NCBI RefSeq assembly: GCF_022045235.1
Contig: NW_027266308.1
Coordinates: 69,564,001 to 69,628,000, forward strand
Length of the DNA: 64,000 nt
DNA from: Haliotis cracherodii
Lineage: Eukaryota
Direction: 5' to 3'
Of the stretch, positions 27,001 to 40,345 are shown in pieces; positions within the stretch are counted from its first letter, which is position 1, and each line of letters starts with the position of its first letter. The notes below the pieces were generated by a model. The model was not told where the DNA came from. It did no database searches and saw nothing but the letters and a program-made list of their open reading frames with translations. The position numbers and the translations under genes are program-made.

Positions 27001-29146
27001 AGCTGGACTTGCATTCTTCAGGACCTTATCACGAGCATCCTACATAAAAACATCAGTGACTACAAACTGTTCTCTTTTAAAAACATTTTTACAGTTATGA
27101 AACCAAAATGCCATTTAGAAAGTGGTCAAATGTAACAAATGTTATATTTGGAATAACACTTCCTTAGTAAAGTACAAATTATAGTACTTTGGGTGTTGAG
27201 TCCCATCCTGATGATGATCCAGGATTCGAACCAAAACTCTTAATAGAGTCTTACTGTGAGGCACCTAATCCCCAGGACATCTAATCCCCTCACCCACCAT
27301 GGCCACCACAAACTGAAAGTCCGACAACTGGTAGTCTAGATCACATATTTTAGGTACCCCTCTGATAAGTGTAAATTTGTGTGACTCCCATGGCCGAAGC
27401 TATGAATACACAATGCCATTTAGAAAGTGGTCAAATGTAACAAATGTTGTATATGGGATAACACTTCCTTAGTGAAGTACAAATTCTTGTACTTTTTCAG
27501 GTTGAGTCCCATAAGGGAATCGAACCCACACTCTTTGAGTGCTGGCGATTTGGTGCCTAGCTCTGCCTCACTCTGAGAGTGTGGGTTCGAATCCTGGATG
27601 GGACTCAACCCAAAACAGTACTAGAATTTGTACTTTACAAAGGAAGTGTTATCCCAGATATAACATTTGTTCACAGTTGACAGAAAAACACAACAAGGCA
27701 AAATGTTAATTAAATTTATAAAACCGCTAGGTTTCTCCTGTACATGCTTTGCTGCAAGCTTTTACCAAACAATATGAGAAAACATTTTCAGTTGTAAGAT
27801 GTCACTTGTGCTGGTTGCAAGGATCATATCATCCTTCTATAACATTCCTATGTCCATTTGTACTGGAATAGTAAAATTTTTGCTTTCTCTGGGATAAATG
27901 GTTCCCTCTGTTGCTACCTGTGTGTGGACAGCCTTGGCATGTTTGAGGATGGCGATGACGTCACCAAGGCGACTGATGCCCATGTCAAGCAGGTATTCCT
28001 TGGACAGGTCCAGGAGCATGTCCCTCTGAATGCGATTATCATTGAACGCAACTGCATAGTTCGCCGAGTCTCCTGGAGGGACACCAGCATCAGTGAAAAA
28101 CTTGATCCAGTAGGAAGTGCTATTTTCTGTTATAAAAGAAAATACAAACTATTAGAAATGTGTTCTCATATCCTTTGCATGGTCGAAGATAGTGAACCTC
28201 ATCAGCAATGCAACATGATACAAGTTTAAGATACCTGTCAAAATAACACAGCAAATTAGCATGTTATCAAGTGTCAAAAGTTTAAATGTATGAAAACCTT
28301 TTTTGACCATCTCTTATGTAGTTTTCTCTTTACTTTTAGGCATCACCAGGCTGTCCCAGTGGAAGCATCGTGTTATTCATCTACTATGCTGGCAAATTAT
28401 TACCTCGACCCGCTTGACCTCGAAACGTACCAAATCATTACGTTTATAAGTGGGGTTTTTTTTCTTTCTTTGTGATAATGATGGTACATCCACAAATATA
28501 GGTTCCTCTGGGGTTAACATTAGGCCTATACCTCTGATGGTTACTGTAAGAAACAAGTCGGCCATGGTTTCAACAGCCACCATCACAATGACATTGGTAA
28601 ACCTTAGATTGCAGCACACTCAAAGCACGTAATTTGTTAGTATTTTAGTACTTTATTTTACATACTACCTCCACCACCTCCCCGCCATTAATACTGACAT
28701 GTAGTAAACTTCAGATAACACAGCACAACTGATGTGGGCCTAGGTCTCATCATAACCATGGTAACAACCAATTAAGCAATGTAACGACACAAGCGGTACA
28801 AATAATTAGGCTCTGAAAATACTTCCCCGGTCCTGAGACTTACCTTAATATGTATATATAGGAGAGGAAACAAATAATATGATTAAAGATTGATGAAGAC
28901 CGAAGTAAGAAGCTGATAAGTGATTACCGCTGTTCCGGTCGCAAAACTTACCGACCGATAACAAGACTTTCTAAGTCAGCTTTAACTTTACTGATACCAA
29001 GAACATATGTATGAAGGGTATGTGGTCGGGTATATTAAGCATAGAATAACACATTCTGAAATCTAAATGTTTATACTACAGGTTCAAGCCAACGTGTCCC
29101 AATCAATATATCGCATACCAGTTGATGAAGACATGGACGACGCCAT
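20494..29146 (-). CDS. C19orf47: C19orf47 orthologue (N-terminal SAM-like domain, low-complexity C-terminus), 8 coding exons
   Basis: Exons 29119-29146 (MASSMSSST), 27918-28126 (YWIKFFTDAGVPPGDSANYAVAFNDNRIQRDMLLDLSKEYLLDMGISRLGDVIAILKHAK, matching the C19orf47 N-terminal domain), 26949-27039, 25404-25493, 25107-25216 (SVFERLG), 21409-21637 (SVFNRLG...LEYAGVLK), 20877-21122, 20494-20627 (GIFGRLGRKHTTP*). All GT-AG and in phase. Confidence 0.92.
21736..23736. mobile_element. ~2-kb intronic element bounded by ~95-bp imperfect terminal inverted repeats
   Basis: 21736-21830 (TCACACTATGTATTTCTTGCTTC...TTTCCAGCTTCTAAAAACAAATCACCCGAAC) is the reverse complement of 23640-23736. Confidence 0.7.
23930..24014. 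repeat. (GT)n/(GA)n microsatellite
   Basis: Direct observation. Confidence 0.95.
24016..25080. repeat. 29-30-bp G-rich minisatellite
   Basis: Unit GGGTCAAGGTAGTGATCACCTGTGGGGGTA, ~35 copies, ends ~27 bp from the exon donor at 25106. Confidence 0.93.
25501..26282. repeat. 27-28-bp minisatellite abutting a C19orf47 acceptor
   Basis: Unit AACACAGACACTAGGATAAGTTACCCT, ~28 copies, begins inside the polypyrimidine tract of the acceptor at 25494. Confidence 0.93.
26285..26530 (-). mobile_element. tRNA-derived SINE with Meta-like central domain
   Basis: Minus strand: GACCGCCTCCATGGC... B-box GGTTCGATACC, then GTCATACCAAAAGATGTTAAAAAATGGTACTTG...GCACTATAG, resembling my recollection of the molluscan MetaSINE core. 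Confidence 0.6.
27108..27680. repeat. Three copies of a tRNA-like (B-box GGTTCGAATCC) interspersed repeat, two of them forming a long inverted repeat
   Basis: 27108-27230 and 27412-27541 are direct copies; 27569-27680 is inverted; a fourth copy lies at ~50895-51022. Confidence 0.75.
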
Positions 29147-30754
29147 TTTTCTTGAATGTTGGTATTTACCTCCAGTTTCAATGGCAGTGGTGTGCGCACT
29201 GCGGTCCCCAAACGAACAAGGTATGGGTTTCAAAGTGGAACACCTTTTCGGCATCGGCATTCTGTAAAAGCGCAACTTGGTTTTACACTGTAATGAAATT
29301 AAACTAGTATGACGCCCCAGACTGGCGATGCATGGTTTTGGTTTAACGAAAACCGATGTGCCGGCAATCTGCACGTACATCAGACACACAAATACAAATA
29401 TGGAACTGCGGCTGGATCGTTACCAGCTGGTGACGCGAACATGGACTCCTGCTGTCTAACCAGGCTGCACATGCCACACGGTAGGTGGTTAACGTAATAT
29501 GCTACTGATCCCGAAGACCCAGAAAAATACCTTCGTTTAATTTAAATACACCTATTTACTATCAAGTAAAAACTAATGGTGAACAATCTAAGTGTGAGTC
29601 GTCGTCTGCACAATATGACTTTTGAAAAGCAAACGTATATATATTGGTCAAATTGTCATGAGTTAGCTTTGAAGTATAAAATGTTAACTGCTGCAAAGAA
29701 ATGATCCCATTGGAGATACCAACAGCCACCCTATTTTTGTTGACTCATTTGAGACGCTCCACCCTACAAATATCTCTCTTGTCATCGGCAACTTGATCAT
29801 GACGTGCTCGTGATATAAACCATTGGCGGGACTTGACCAAGTTCATTACAATCAGATGTTTTATAATGAGATTGGGACTTGACCATGACTCCATTATCTG
29901 GAGGCCGAAGTTTTACAGCTGAAATACCGCGCACAGCGGCGTAAAACAACCATCACTCACAGCAGTCCACTTAAACCACTTGAGGATCTAAATCTGAAGC
30001 AACTGGCTGCTAGAGCTCCTGTAGGTCGGGAGTAGATTGTGGGGTCCAGCTAGCACTTTACACTTTACGGTATTATATATTCTATATCACAAATTAAATG
30101 TTTCCCACTCTCTTCAGTGGTGTTCTTGCCAGTTTGCAGCAGATGAGGGACACTATAGCGAATCAACAGGTTCGGGTTAGTAAACGAGCATGGAACCCGC
30201 CAATCACAGAATTGCTGGTTTTGTTTGAGAATATTGTTTAGTGTATATGGGATGAAAATGGACAGGAAACACAGTCGATGTTAGAAGCGTCCATAAAATA
30301 TTCCATAATGCACCAGCAGAGGAAGGTTGAACTAACGAGTTGTGTGGACTTCCACTGAAATACTCGATGTTCTGGCTTCAGTTAAGTGCAGTGTATTTAT
30401 ATTTTTATTTCACGGTTAAAATAGAGGTTACCATTTTAACAGTAGTCAGTACATACAAACACAGCTTAGCATAGCTTAAAGATTCCTGTTTGTGTTCATA
30501 GTTTGTTATTATTTACAGACAGCCGCCATACAGCTGGAATATTGCTGAGTGCGGCATTAAACAACAAACAAACAAATAAATCATAGTTTGCAACTGAACC
30601 CTGGATGATGTGTGTTCCTGGGATGTCTGCACTCGTGTCCTCAATGCACACGTGTTAACGAAACTGTTTAATTGAGGTCAGCTGGTCAAGAGATTGTGAA
30701 TGAACCGAGAAATCAGTTGTTGCAAATGTCAAGGGTCTCTGCCATCGGGGAACT

Positions 30755-31503
30755 GACACTACACATAGTCAAGGTTGATACCTACGCCGATTGGTATGCC
30801 CTGAAGACACTACACATAGTCAAGGTTGATACCTACGCCGATTGGTATGTCCTGAAGACACTACACATAGTCAAGGTTGATACCTACACCACTTGGTATG
30901 CCCTGAAGACACTACACAAACAGTCAGGGTTGATACCTACACCGATTGGTATGCCCTGAAGACACTACACACAGAGTCAGGGTTGATACCTACACAGATT
31001 GGTATGCCCTGAAGACACTACACACACATCAAGGTTGATACCTACCCCGATTGGTATGCCCTGAAGACACTACACACACAGCAGGGTTGATACCTACACA
31101 GATTAGTATGTCCTGAAGACACTACACACACATCAAGGTTGATACCTACGCCGATTGGTATGCCCTGAAGACACTACACACACAGCAGGGTTGATACCTA
31201 CACAGATTGGTATGTCCTGAAGACACTACACACATCAGGGTTGATACCTACACAGATTGGTATGCCCTGAAGACACTACACACACATCAAGGTTGATACC
31301 TACCCCGATTGGTATGCCCTGAAGACACTACACACACAGCAGGGTTGATACCTACACAGATTGGTATGTCCTGAAGACACTACACACATCAGGGTTGATG
31401 CCTACACAGATTGGTATGTCCTGAAGACACTACACACAGCCAGGGTTGATACCTACACAGATTGGTATGCCCTGAAGACACTACACAGACAGCCAGGGTT
31501 GAT
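30755..31503. repeat. ~54-58-bp minisatellite
   Basis: Unit GGTTGATACCTACACAGATTGGTATGCCCTGAAGACACTACACACACATCA. Confidence 0.92.
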
Positions 31504-31852
31504 GCCCGTGACTAGGACACAAACAAGTTGTCATGTTCATGTCCTGACATGTGTTTACACGAGCACTTTTATTGACATTCTCATGTGGTAATACATGACA
31601 TACTTTCACATTGAGTTCCAGGGTGATCCACATCATAAATACATGCATATATAACAAGTTGGATCACTGAAACATGCAATACTTTGACATCTACACAATA
31701 GTAATTATAGCATCTATTTTTTTCAATTCATGATGTACAAAATCTAGATTCTATACAAGTGAATAAAATTTATAGATTTTTTTAAAAACAAATTTCTAAA
31801 ATACATGATAAGAAGTGAAAAGATCATCCAGAGCAACAACTTCATTGCTCGT

Positions 31853-32088
31853 AACCTTTAGCCAGCACAGGTCATCAGGGCAACATATTCCTTGGCTTGT
31901 CCTTCACAACCTTTAGCCAGCACAGGTCATCAGGGCAACATATTCCTAGGCTTCTCCTTCAAAACCCTTCACCAGCACAGGTCATCAGGGCAATATATTC
32001 CTTGGCTTGTCCTTATAACCCTTCACCAGCAAAGGTCATCAGGGCAACATATTCCTTGGCTTGTCCTTATAACCTTTCACCAGCAAAG
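31853..32088. repeat. 54-55-bp tandem repeat overlapping the MAD2L1BP C-terminus and stop codon
   Basis: Unit AACCTTTAGCCAGCACAGGTCATCAGGGCAACATATTCCTTGGCTTGTCCTT, ~4.3 copies. Confidence 0.88.
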
Positions 32089-33360
32089 GGGCCTGGAACC
32101 ATATTATGTCCAGCTCGGGTGTAGGGGAAACAACTGTCTCAGAAGACCTACATGTCTCCATTTGACCATCTCTGCTGCATAAGGCATAGTCTGGGTTAGA
32201 TGCACTGAGACAGTTGTTCAGAACACAGTCGTTCATGTCAGCATCAGACAGCACTGATGAGTCCAGGGGCTCAATTCCTGATATCTCAACTTCGCTCACA
32301 TCACATGACAGGTCATGAGAACCCACGTGATGGTGTCTACATTTTATGTTGTACTCAAACTGTCGACCTCTGATGGGACGCTTAAACGTGGGCTTGGGCA
32401 CAAACCACTGTATGCCGCTATCTCTGGGTGCATACAACAGCACAGCCATGTTTGTCGGTGAGATGGGTTTGACTCCTCCCAGCAAGTCGTGGGTGATGAG
32501 CTGACGGAAGAGAGACTTCACACTGGACCTGAGAGAGACTAGGTCAGCCTCTGGGGACAAAGGGGGCAGGTTGATAAGAAACGATTCTCTGGGACTGACG
32601 ACGGTGCCGCCCATGGTGATGAGCACCTGTTTGACTTCTGGGCATGTGACAAAAGCAGCTTCCACCTGTTGCATCATCTCCATCACACAGGATATAAGAC
32701 TCGTCTTCTTCTTGTCCTCCATGCTGCCATAGAAACATTTCCTCTTCTGTCTCACAGTAGACAGAACAGTCTGCAAGGAAAATCAAAATCCTACAATGAG
32801 ACTCAAAACTAGCTGAAAATAGCTGTTACAAAAAATATTTATCACTAACATTTGATTGGCAAAATAAAGATTTGCATTAAATATTTTCATATTTTACTTG
32901 TGGTTAAGGAGGTATGGTGATTAGTTGCTGTAAAGAGACATTTTATTGGTTCACCACAGACAGGAACATGCTGGCAGTGCTGCCAGTGCTGGTAACAAAT
33001 TGTGAAGTGATTTTGGAAAGACAATTACAGCACAGCTGCAACCTTCTGTGGCAAAACCAAACAGGTACATGACACCATTAGCTAATGCCAACACCCGGTG
33101 TCACATATATTGATCAGTTGAATTTGTAATATCATTACTGTTTCCTGTAGGAGGCTGGTAGTGGTAGTATTCGACTTGTCAAGTGCTTCTTTCTTCAAGT
33201 GATCGAACGGCATTGGTATCTGTTGTCTTTCGTACATAAAATACTTAAAAAGTTCATTGGCAATAACGGCCCTGACATTTGAATGTACGCCGGCATCAAA
33301 AATAATATCACAGGATTTAATTTGATCCTCGTATTTTTTTCTGTTTACAATGCCCGCCAT
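32039..33360 (-). CDS. MAD2L1BP: MAD2L1-binding protein (p31comet), 2 coding exons
   Basis: Exons 33139-33360 (ELFKYFMYERQQIPMPF) and 32039-32770 (VLITMGGTVVSPRESF; WFVPKPTFKRPIRG; IIWFQAPLLVKGY), phase-0 GT-AG intron; these are the conserved p31comet HORMA-fold motifs. Confidence 0.92.
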
Positions 33361-34397
33361 GATGGCTCCGGATACCACTGGTATATTGTCTAATTTACGT
33401 CGTAGTTTCTGAACCAATAGATGCGTCGCGCAATGAATACGTTTTCACAGTTTATGTTACAACGGGAGATAATCATAAAATCAGTATTAACGAAGACCGC
33501 TTAAATTCTAGAACCTTTTACGTTTGCTTCACGCACTTCCAACCCAAAGTCAGTATAGCTGATAAGTGTCATTTAATTATTGATATTCAGCTGATAAATA
33601 ACATCTAATCATTGCTATTCCACTGATCAATAGTATCAAATCATTGATGGAAACAGGTGCACTACGGCAAATCTCCGAACACGATTGAGTCATTTCAAAA
33701 GAAAAAGGAGTTTCCCTGATGGCCTGGTCCTGTTGGTCTGGACCTGATGGCCTGGACCTGATGTCCTGAGACCTGATGGCCTGGACCTGTTCAAGGCTGC
33801 AAGGCCAACATTTGATGTTACTTGTGTACACACTTCAGAGGTGAACATACACCCCAAGGGGCATACATTGCAATGAAGTAAGAAGGTGTTGAGGTCCCAA
33901 TCATCTCGCCTTCCTCTAAATACACCAACGTAATGTTATGTAGAGAATAAAACACATTTGATGTTTGTTTTAGACTTAAAACCCTCATTCGAGGGGTAAA
34001 AATGAGAGACACGAGGTTTTATTCGGAGGATGGGGGTTTAAACCTTATTAACAAAACCTGAGGGGGAGTGTTTATCTGACTTATGAAGCGAAAGAAAAGT
34101 GTGAAACAATATTGATCGACACTTTAAAGTTTCAAACACACTTTACGTGAACAATAGGAAACGGACGTAAAATATCTGAGGCTGGCGTACATGTGTTTGA
34201 AAAAGAAATTCTTTGAAACATTGTGGTTTGTCGTCGGTGTCTCTGTTGTCCCTTGCTTCTATCATTAGGCAACTCACATGAAGGACGCAATATAGTGGCA
34301 CTGAAACATAAAGAAGTCATGTGATTTAACATCATTCCACACATTTCCCTATTCATATTGTGTTCAAATGCAAAATATATCTCTATCGGTGGGCATT

Positions 34398-34984
34398 CTA
34401 TAGAATATCCCTGGGACAGATGGACTTTCTGTAGAATAATCCTAGGACATGGGGACTTTCTGGTGAATATACCTGGGACAGAGAGACTTTCTGGTGAATA
34501 TCCCTGGGATAGGGGGACTTTCTGCAGAATATACCTGGGACAGAGAGACTTTCGGCAGAATATACCTGGGACAGAGAGACTTTCTGGTGAATATCTCTGG
34601 AACAGGGGGACTTTCTGCAGAATATACCTGGGACAGAGAGACTTTCTGGTGAATATCCCTGGGATAGGGGACTTTCTGCAGAATATACCTGGGACAGAGA
34701 GACTTTCTGGTGAATATCCCTGGGATAGGGGGACTTTCTGCAGAATATACCTGGGACAGAGAGACTTTCTGTAGAATATACCTGGGACAGAGGGACTTTC
34801 TGTAGAATATAGCTGGGACAGAGAGACTTTCTGTAGAATATAGCAGGGACAGAGACTTTCTGTAGAATATAGTTGGGACAGAGAGACTTTCTGTAGAATG
34901 TAGCTGGGACAGAGAGACTTTCTGTAGAATATAGCTGGGACAGAGAGACTTTCTGTAGAATGTGGCTGGGACAGAGAGACTTTC
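34398..34984. repeat. ~30-bp minisatellite
   Basis: Unit CTGGGACAGAGAGACTTTCTGTAGAATATA(C/G). Confidence 0.9.
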
Positions 34985-35811
34985 AAAAGAAGATCTATGA
35001 GAAATGAAGACCCCGTAAAAGTAACAGGATGACGTCAAAGGGGTTTATACAAAAACTATTGTCCAACACACTTTATATTTTACCTCCAGCTCTGTTATTC
35101 GACGTCTTAAGATGTGTGTACAGTGTGTGGATTTTATGTATATGACACTGACATCCGTTGTGCATCGTTTACCCTATGGGAAATGTGTTCTTCCTCTGAA
35201 GTAGTACGCATAAGAACGCATTACTTGAACACGAAGTGTTGTACTACAATGCATGTATACATCCGCGCTACCCCGTGTCAGGATAATAAAAACACGGCTT
35301 CCCATAAAATCTTATCTTATGTCGACCTGAGTCGCTTTTTGAGTCCGTGAGGTGGGGCAGTGTCACCTGACCCCGTCACGGACCCGGGTCGACCCAACAT
35401 TTTCGGGGTTAGGTGACGAAGCGTAACGCGCTATTGTCCTCCCCCACTGCTGGTTCTCGGCGGCATGTACACCGGCATGTACACCAGAGAACGGCAGCGT
35501 GCGTGAGGACGATGGACCGCTCAACACCAGGCAGTGTTGCGATGACCGGAGTGTGTGTTAACCAGAGCGGGGAACGTTATGCAACACGTGGGGTCAGTAC
35601 ATCCCGCGTGCTGGCCGCGCGCTGACCCAGCACCCTCGCTGACCACATCACAGACAGAGGCACGGTGTGTTATTGCGCTCAGGAAGATAAAAATCCCCAT
35701 TACCAAAGCCGCTATGGCAGAAGTACTGTGTTAAATCCAACAAAAATGCAAATTATCGCGGTGCTTGGTCTCAAAAGGTTGCCGTGAAGGAAAAACGGTT
35801 AATGGGTTGAC

Positions 35812-35859
<48 letters not shown>

Positions 35860-35869
35860 ATACCATCGC

Positions 35870-36240
35870 TTCTTTGATAATCTGCACGAATAACTCTGAA
35901 TGAAAAACGTATTGTGAACTGTGAACATTATCGTGTTCATTTTGCAAAACTACGTCCAAATGAGCACAAACTAAACATTGAATTAGGAAGACTCTACAGA
36001 CCTCCAGTGCCTTTAAATCAAAGGCTTTGTTCTAAAGATAGATATTACGCTGTACAAATCTAATCTTCAAATTTCTTCAATATAAGGTGCTAGAAAAAGA
36101 TTTAATAATGTTAGGCAAATTGACGAAAATGATTCATTCTTATACATTTTAGCAAATAATGACTTGAACACCATAAATAATATCTGTCACCATGTTTCTA
36201 ATTTCAGACAATAATATGCCAAATTACGTATCTAACGAGA
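35870..36240 (+). mobile_element. LINE (CR1/L2-group-like) ORF2 C-terminal remnant
   Basis: HKLNIELGRLYRPPVPLNQRLCSK (HxLxIExGR...RLC motif), degraded. Confidence 0.5.
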
Positions 36241-36312
36241 TTTATATGTATGTATGTGTATGTATGAACATATCTTATATTTTGTTTCTTTTTACATTTA
36301 TAAATATTCTCT

Positions 36313-36592
36313 GGGGGCATGGGTGGCCCAGTCGTCTTAGGCGCCGCGATTCGCTGTGCAGAGTTGCGTCCCTTGGACACGCCAGAAACCTATGACTGTG
36401 GGTTCGAATCCCGGTTCGCCCCGATTATGTTTCTAGGTTTGTCAGCACCATACCCGTGCTCGTGGGTTTCACCGAAGTGGTAAACTTCTAAGACCTGCGT
36501 CACTTCGGGCTTTCCTCCCACATTAAGCTGAGACGCTGCGATATAACTGGACTACTGTTAAAAGCGGCGTTAAACCCAACTCACTCACTCAC
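36313..36592 (+). mobile_element. tRNA-derived SINE, near full length
   Basis: A-box-like GGTGGCCCAGTCG, B-box GGTTCGAATCCC, tail GCGGCGTTAAACCC followed by (ACTC)n. Confidence 0.75.
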
Positions 36593-38564
36593 TATAAATA
36601 TTCTCTAAATGTTATATGTATGTCTATGTCGACTGGTTGTGTGTATGTCGACAAGTGTGCCTCTGTTCCGCAATGGAATGGTTCTTGCAATAAATAGATC
36701 TTATGTTACTTGATAGTATTGACAATACACTAGGGAACCGCGTGGGTGCGGGAGTATTAGTAACTCAAAACATGCGTGTGTATAACTGTATAACTGTCAG
36801 ATGGTGAACACCGAGCTGCAGGATGTAACCATGTACATTACAGCAGGCCACTGGGCTCCACTGGAAGTGTTAGACCGCCTCCGTGGTCTGGTGGTAGGAG
36901 CGTCCGCCTAATAACATTGCAACCGAACGAAGAATATTATCACGGACAAGATACAAGATATATTGCGCAAACCGTCCATGAGAAACAGTGACAATACTCT
37001 ATAAACTATATAAACAGATACATAATAAGTCAGGATACCAATACAAAGTACCAATACAAAATATTATGTTATGACCTAGGATCATCTATAATAAGAACTT
37101 CAGATTTATTTGAAGTTGTATACATGAAAGCAGCTTGTGAGTTTATTCTCCTCTGAGATCACCCCCCCCCCCCCCCGACACACACACCACCACCAGCACC
37201 ATCCCACCCACACACCACCCCCACCCACACACACACACCACCCACACACCCACCCCACCCCACACCCCACCACCACTACCACCACCCCACCACACACACA
37301 CCACCACCACCATCACCACCACCAGTGAAGGAGTTATATGCTTCTCCTTTCCCCCCAAATTTCCCATCATGTGTGGAATAACTGTTCACAGAACCAGAAT
37401 CAAGAACTTCTCTCGGAAACTTCACATCTAGAGGCGTTTCTGTCCTTGTGTGGGTCTGTGAGAGTTGTCAGTCATTCCAAAATATATGACAATATCACAG
37501 ATCTGCCTCTTTCACAAAATATTTATTAAGAAAACGTCAGCATGTCTATCAGACCTATTTCCGCTGACCGTATCTACCACTTCCACATATGATACTATTT
37601 CATCCAAAATACTTCAGAATCCTCTTTGTCCTGATGAATTATAAAACAAAATCATGTTTGCCGTCTGCTAATTTGGACTGGAATAGGTTGAAGAATCAAT
37701 ATCGTCGCACGGAATAGTTCCCAGAATTTGTAAAATTACGATATGTTGCTAAATGTAATGTGCATAGATATTTTAATCATTGTTTAAATCATTTGATGAT
37801 AGAATTAATCCAACTATTCACTGTAAAGCTTTACTCCACCGCAATGATTTAAAGGAACACAGGTTTTACATGTGTAATAATGACGATCCTACTTGCAGAT
37901 GTCATCAGAACAAAGCCAGTTACCATTTATTTCCATGTTTTAATTATTGTGATATTAGATCAGCATGTTGTTTTTATGTCAAGGGCTTTAATATCAAGAG
38001 CGTGTTGTTCGATGATACTAATCATAAAATGATATTACTTTTAACATTATTGCTTCTCTGCATAACTATGTTATCCTCACAAATAGATTTAATAACCCGG
38101 GGAGCAAAGGAAACTATACCTCTCAGTCGATTTTATCATGGCTGATTTTCAGTTGAAAATAACTTAATTTAGCGATATTAATTCCAAACAATTAACTGTA
38201 AAGGCGCTTAGTCAGCAATAAAAGAATACGTTTCCATAGTTATATCTTAAAAATATAATTTGATTTAAAACTTTTAAAAATTAAAACACATAATTTTGCA
38301 TAATACATAACTGCTGATTGTTATCTTAGACATCGTAACTTTAAAAATCAATAAATTTGCTTTTCTTCAGCACAAATTAACAACATTTCAAACTTGGTAA
38401 GAGTCATGTAATTGCAAATTTCTCCTACCCCAGTCTTCATTGAACCAATTTAGTTTTTACACAAAAATTACTAAGCCACAAATTAGTTTTAAACTGTTTC
38501 AGGAAAGAATGATAGTTAAATAGACACAATCAGATTTAGCAACAGATCTTTCAATTTTCAATTA

Positions 38565-38734
38565 GAGTGAGTGAGTGTGTGAGTGGTTTTACGCCGCTTT
38601 TAGCAACATTCCATCAATATTATGACGGGGGACACCAGAAATAGGCTTCACACATTGTGCCCATGTGGGGCATCGAAACCGGGTCTTCGGCGTAACGAGC
38701 GAACGCTTTAACCACTCGGCTACCCGACCGCCCC
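38565..38734 (-). mobile_element. Short tRNA-derived SINE
   Basis: Minus strand GGGGCGGTCGGGTAGCCGAGTGGTTAAAGCGTTCGCTCG...GGTTTCGATGCCC...GCTAAAAGCGGCGTAAAACCACTCAC; second copy at 52748-52892. Confidence 0.75.
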
Positions 38735-39435
38735 TTTCAGTTAGAGACAAAACAAAAGCTCGGTATACTTTCTTTTGCCCGTCAGTTTAGTATAATGTAT
38801 TCTGTTACAAATGTCTGCTAAAATTGTCATTATCTTCAGGATTGCTGTTCTGTTCTATTTATGACCTATTTTGTACGGGAGAAGTCTTAACATAGGTTTT
38901 CACCCTTGTATGTTTGTCGACCAATCCCATACTTCACCATGGCAACAGTCACACGTGGTATATGTTTGATCATATAAACAAGTTGGCTGTAAGGGGTTTA
39001 TGAAAGAGAGTCACAGGAAAAAACACGAAAAAGGGTCAGGAAAACTGGTCACAAATACATACAACTTACATTTATCAGCTAATTAAAAGACACATAAGTT
39101 TAGCGAGTGAAAATATACCATGTTTATATAATATTTTGCAAGACATTTGTACATGGCCTCAGATTCGGCCTGGTTAATCGAGTGAGAGTACACGGCCTGT
39201 CACTGAATAAAGAACATTGAAATGAACTTAAAGTGAAGTGAAGGAATGAGAAATATGGGATTGTTTGAGAAAGTTGTAAGTGACGACGATGTACTGAGCA
39301 CATCGTGTCGGGGCTCTACATCCCGGAACGCTCCCATGGGGTTGGATGGCAGACACGACTGAATAAAGAACACTGAAATGAACTTAAAATGAAAGCGAAT
39401 TTTAATAATAAAAGCAATGTATCGTAATGTACTTA

Positions 39436-40345
39436 TGTACACATGAAGTACTCTCCACACCAACCCTTTACTGCATCGGAACACATGAAGTACTCTCCAC
39501 ACCAACCCTTTACTGCACCGTTAGATGGGAAGCACTCTCTACACCAACCCTTTACTGCACCGTTAGATGGGAAGCACTCTCCACACCAACCCTTTACTGC
39601 ACCGGTACACATGAAGCACTCTCTACACCAACCCTTTACTGCACCGTTACACGTGAAGTACTCTCCAAACCAACCCTTTACTGCACCGTTACACGTGAAG
39701 TACTCTCCAAACCAACCCTTTACTGCACCGGTACACGTCAAGCACTCTCTACACCAACCCTTTTCTGCACCGTTAGATGTGAAGTACTCTCTACACCAAC
39801 CCTTTACTGCACCGTTACACGTCAAGCACTCTCTACACCAACCCTTTTCTGCACCGTTAGATGTGAAGTACTCTCTACACCAACCCTTTACTGCACCGGT
39901 ACACGTCAAGCACTCTCTACACCAACCCTTTTCTGCACCGTTAGATGTGAAGTACTCTCTACACCAACCCTTTACTGCACCGGTACACGTCAAGCACTCC
40001 CTACACCAACCCTTTACTGCACCGGTACACGTGAAGTACTCTCTACACCAACCCTTTACTGCACCGTTAGATGTGAAGTATTATCTACATCAACCCTTTA
40101 CTGCACCGTTATATGTGAAGCACTCTCTACACCAACCTACTACTGTACCGTTAGATGTGAAACAGTCTCTACACCAACCCTTTACTGCACCGGTACACGT
40201 GAAGCACTCTCTACACCAACACTTTACTGCACCGTTATACGTGAAGCAGTCTCCACACCAACCATTTACTGCAGCATTAGATGTGAAGTACTCTCTACAG
40301 CAACTCTTTTCTGCATCGTTAGACGTGAAGCACTCCGACACCCCT
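39436..40345. repeat. 42-bp minisatellite
   Basis: Unit ACACCAACCCTTTACTGCACCGTTAGATGTGAAGTACTCTCT, ~21 copies. Confidence 0.93.

Noticed and set aside
29300-30380. Possible divergent plus-strand gene from the C19orf47 promoter (donor-like GTAGG at 29481, acceptor-like site at 30117)
   Set aside because: The spliced frame hits a stop quickly and there is no recognisable homology; a lncRNA cannot be excluded
35345-35400. GC-rich hairpin CCGTGA...TCACGG as an ncRNA or ribozyme
   Set aside because: Single short stem with no recognisable family motif; no hammerhead core found nearby
36313-36425. tRNA gene (also 27569-27600 and 38670-38734)
   Set aside because: A/B boxes are present but I could not form a complete cloverleaf, and each continues into a SINE body and tail
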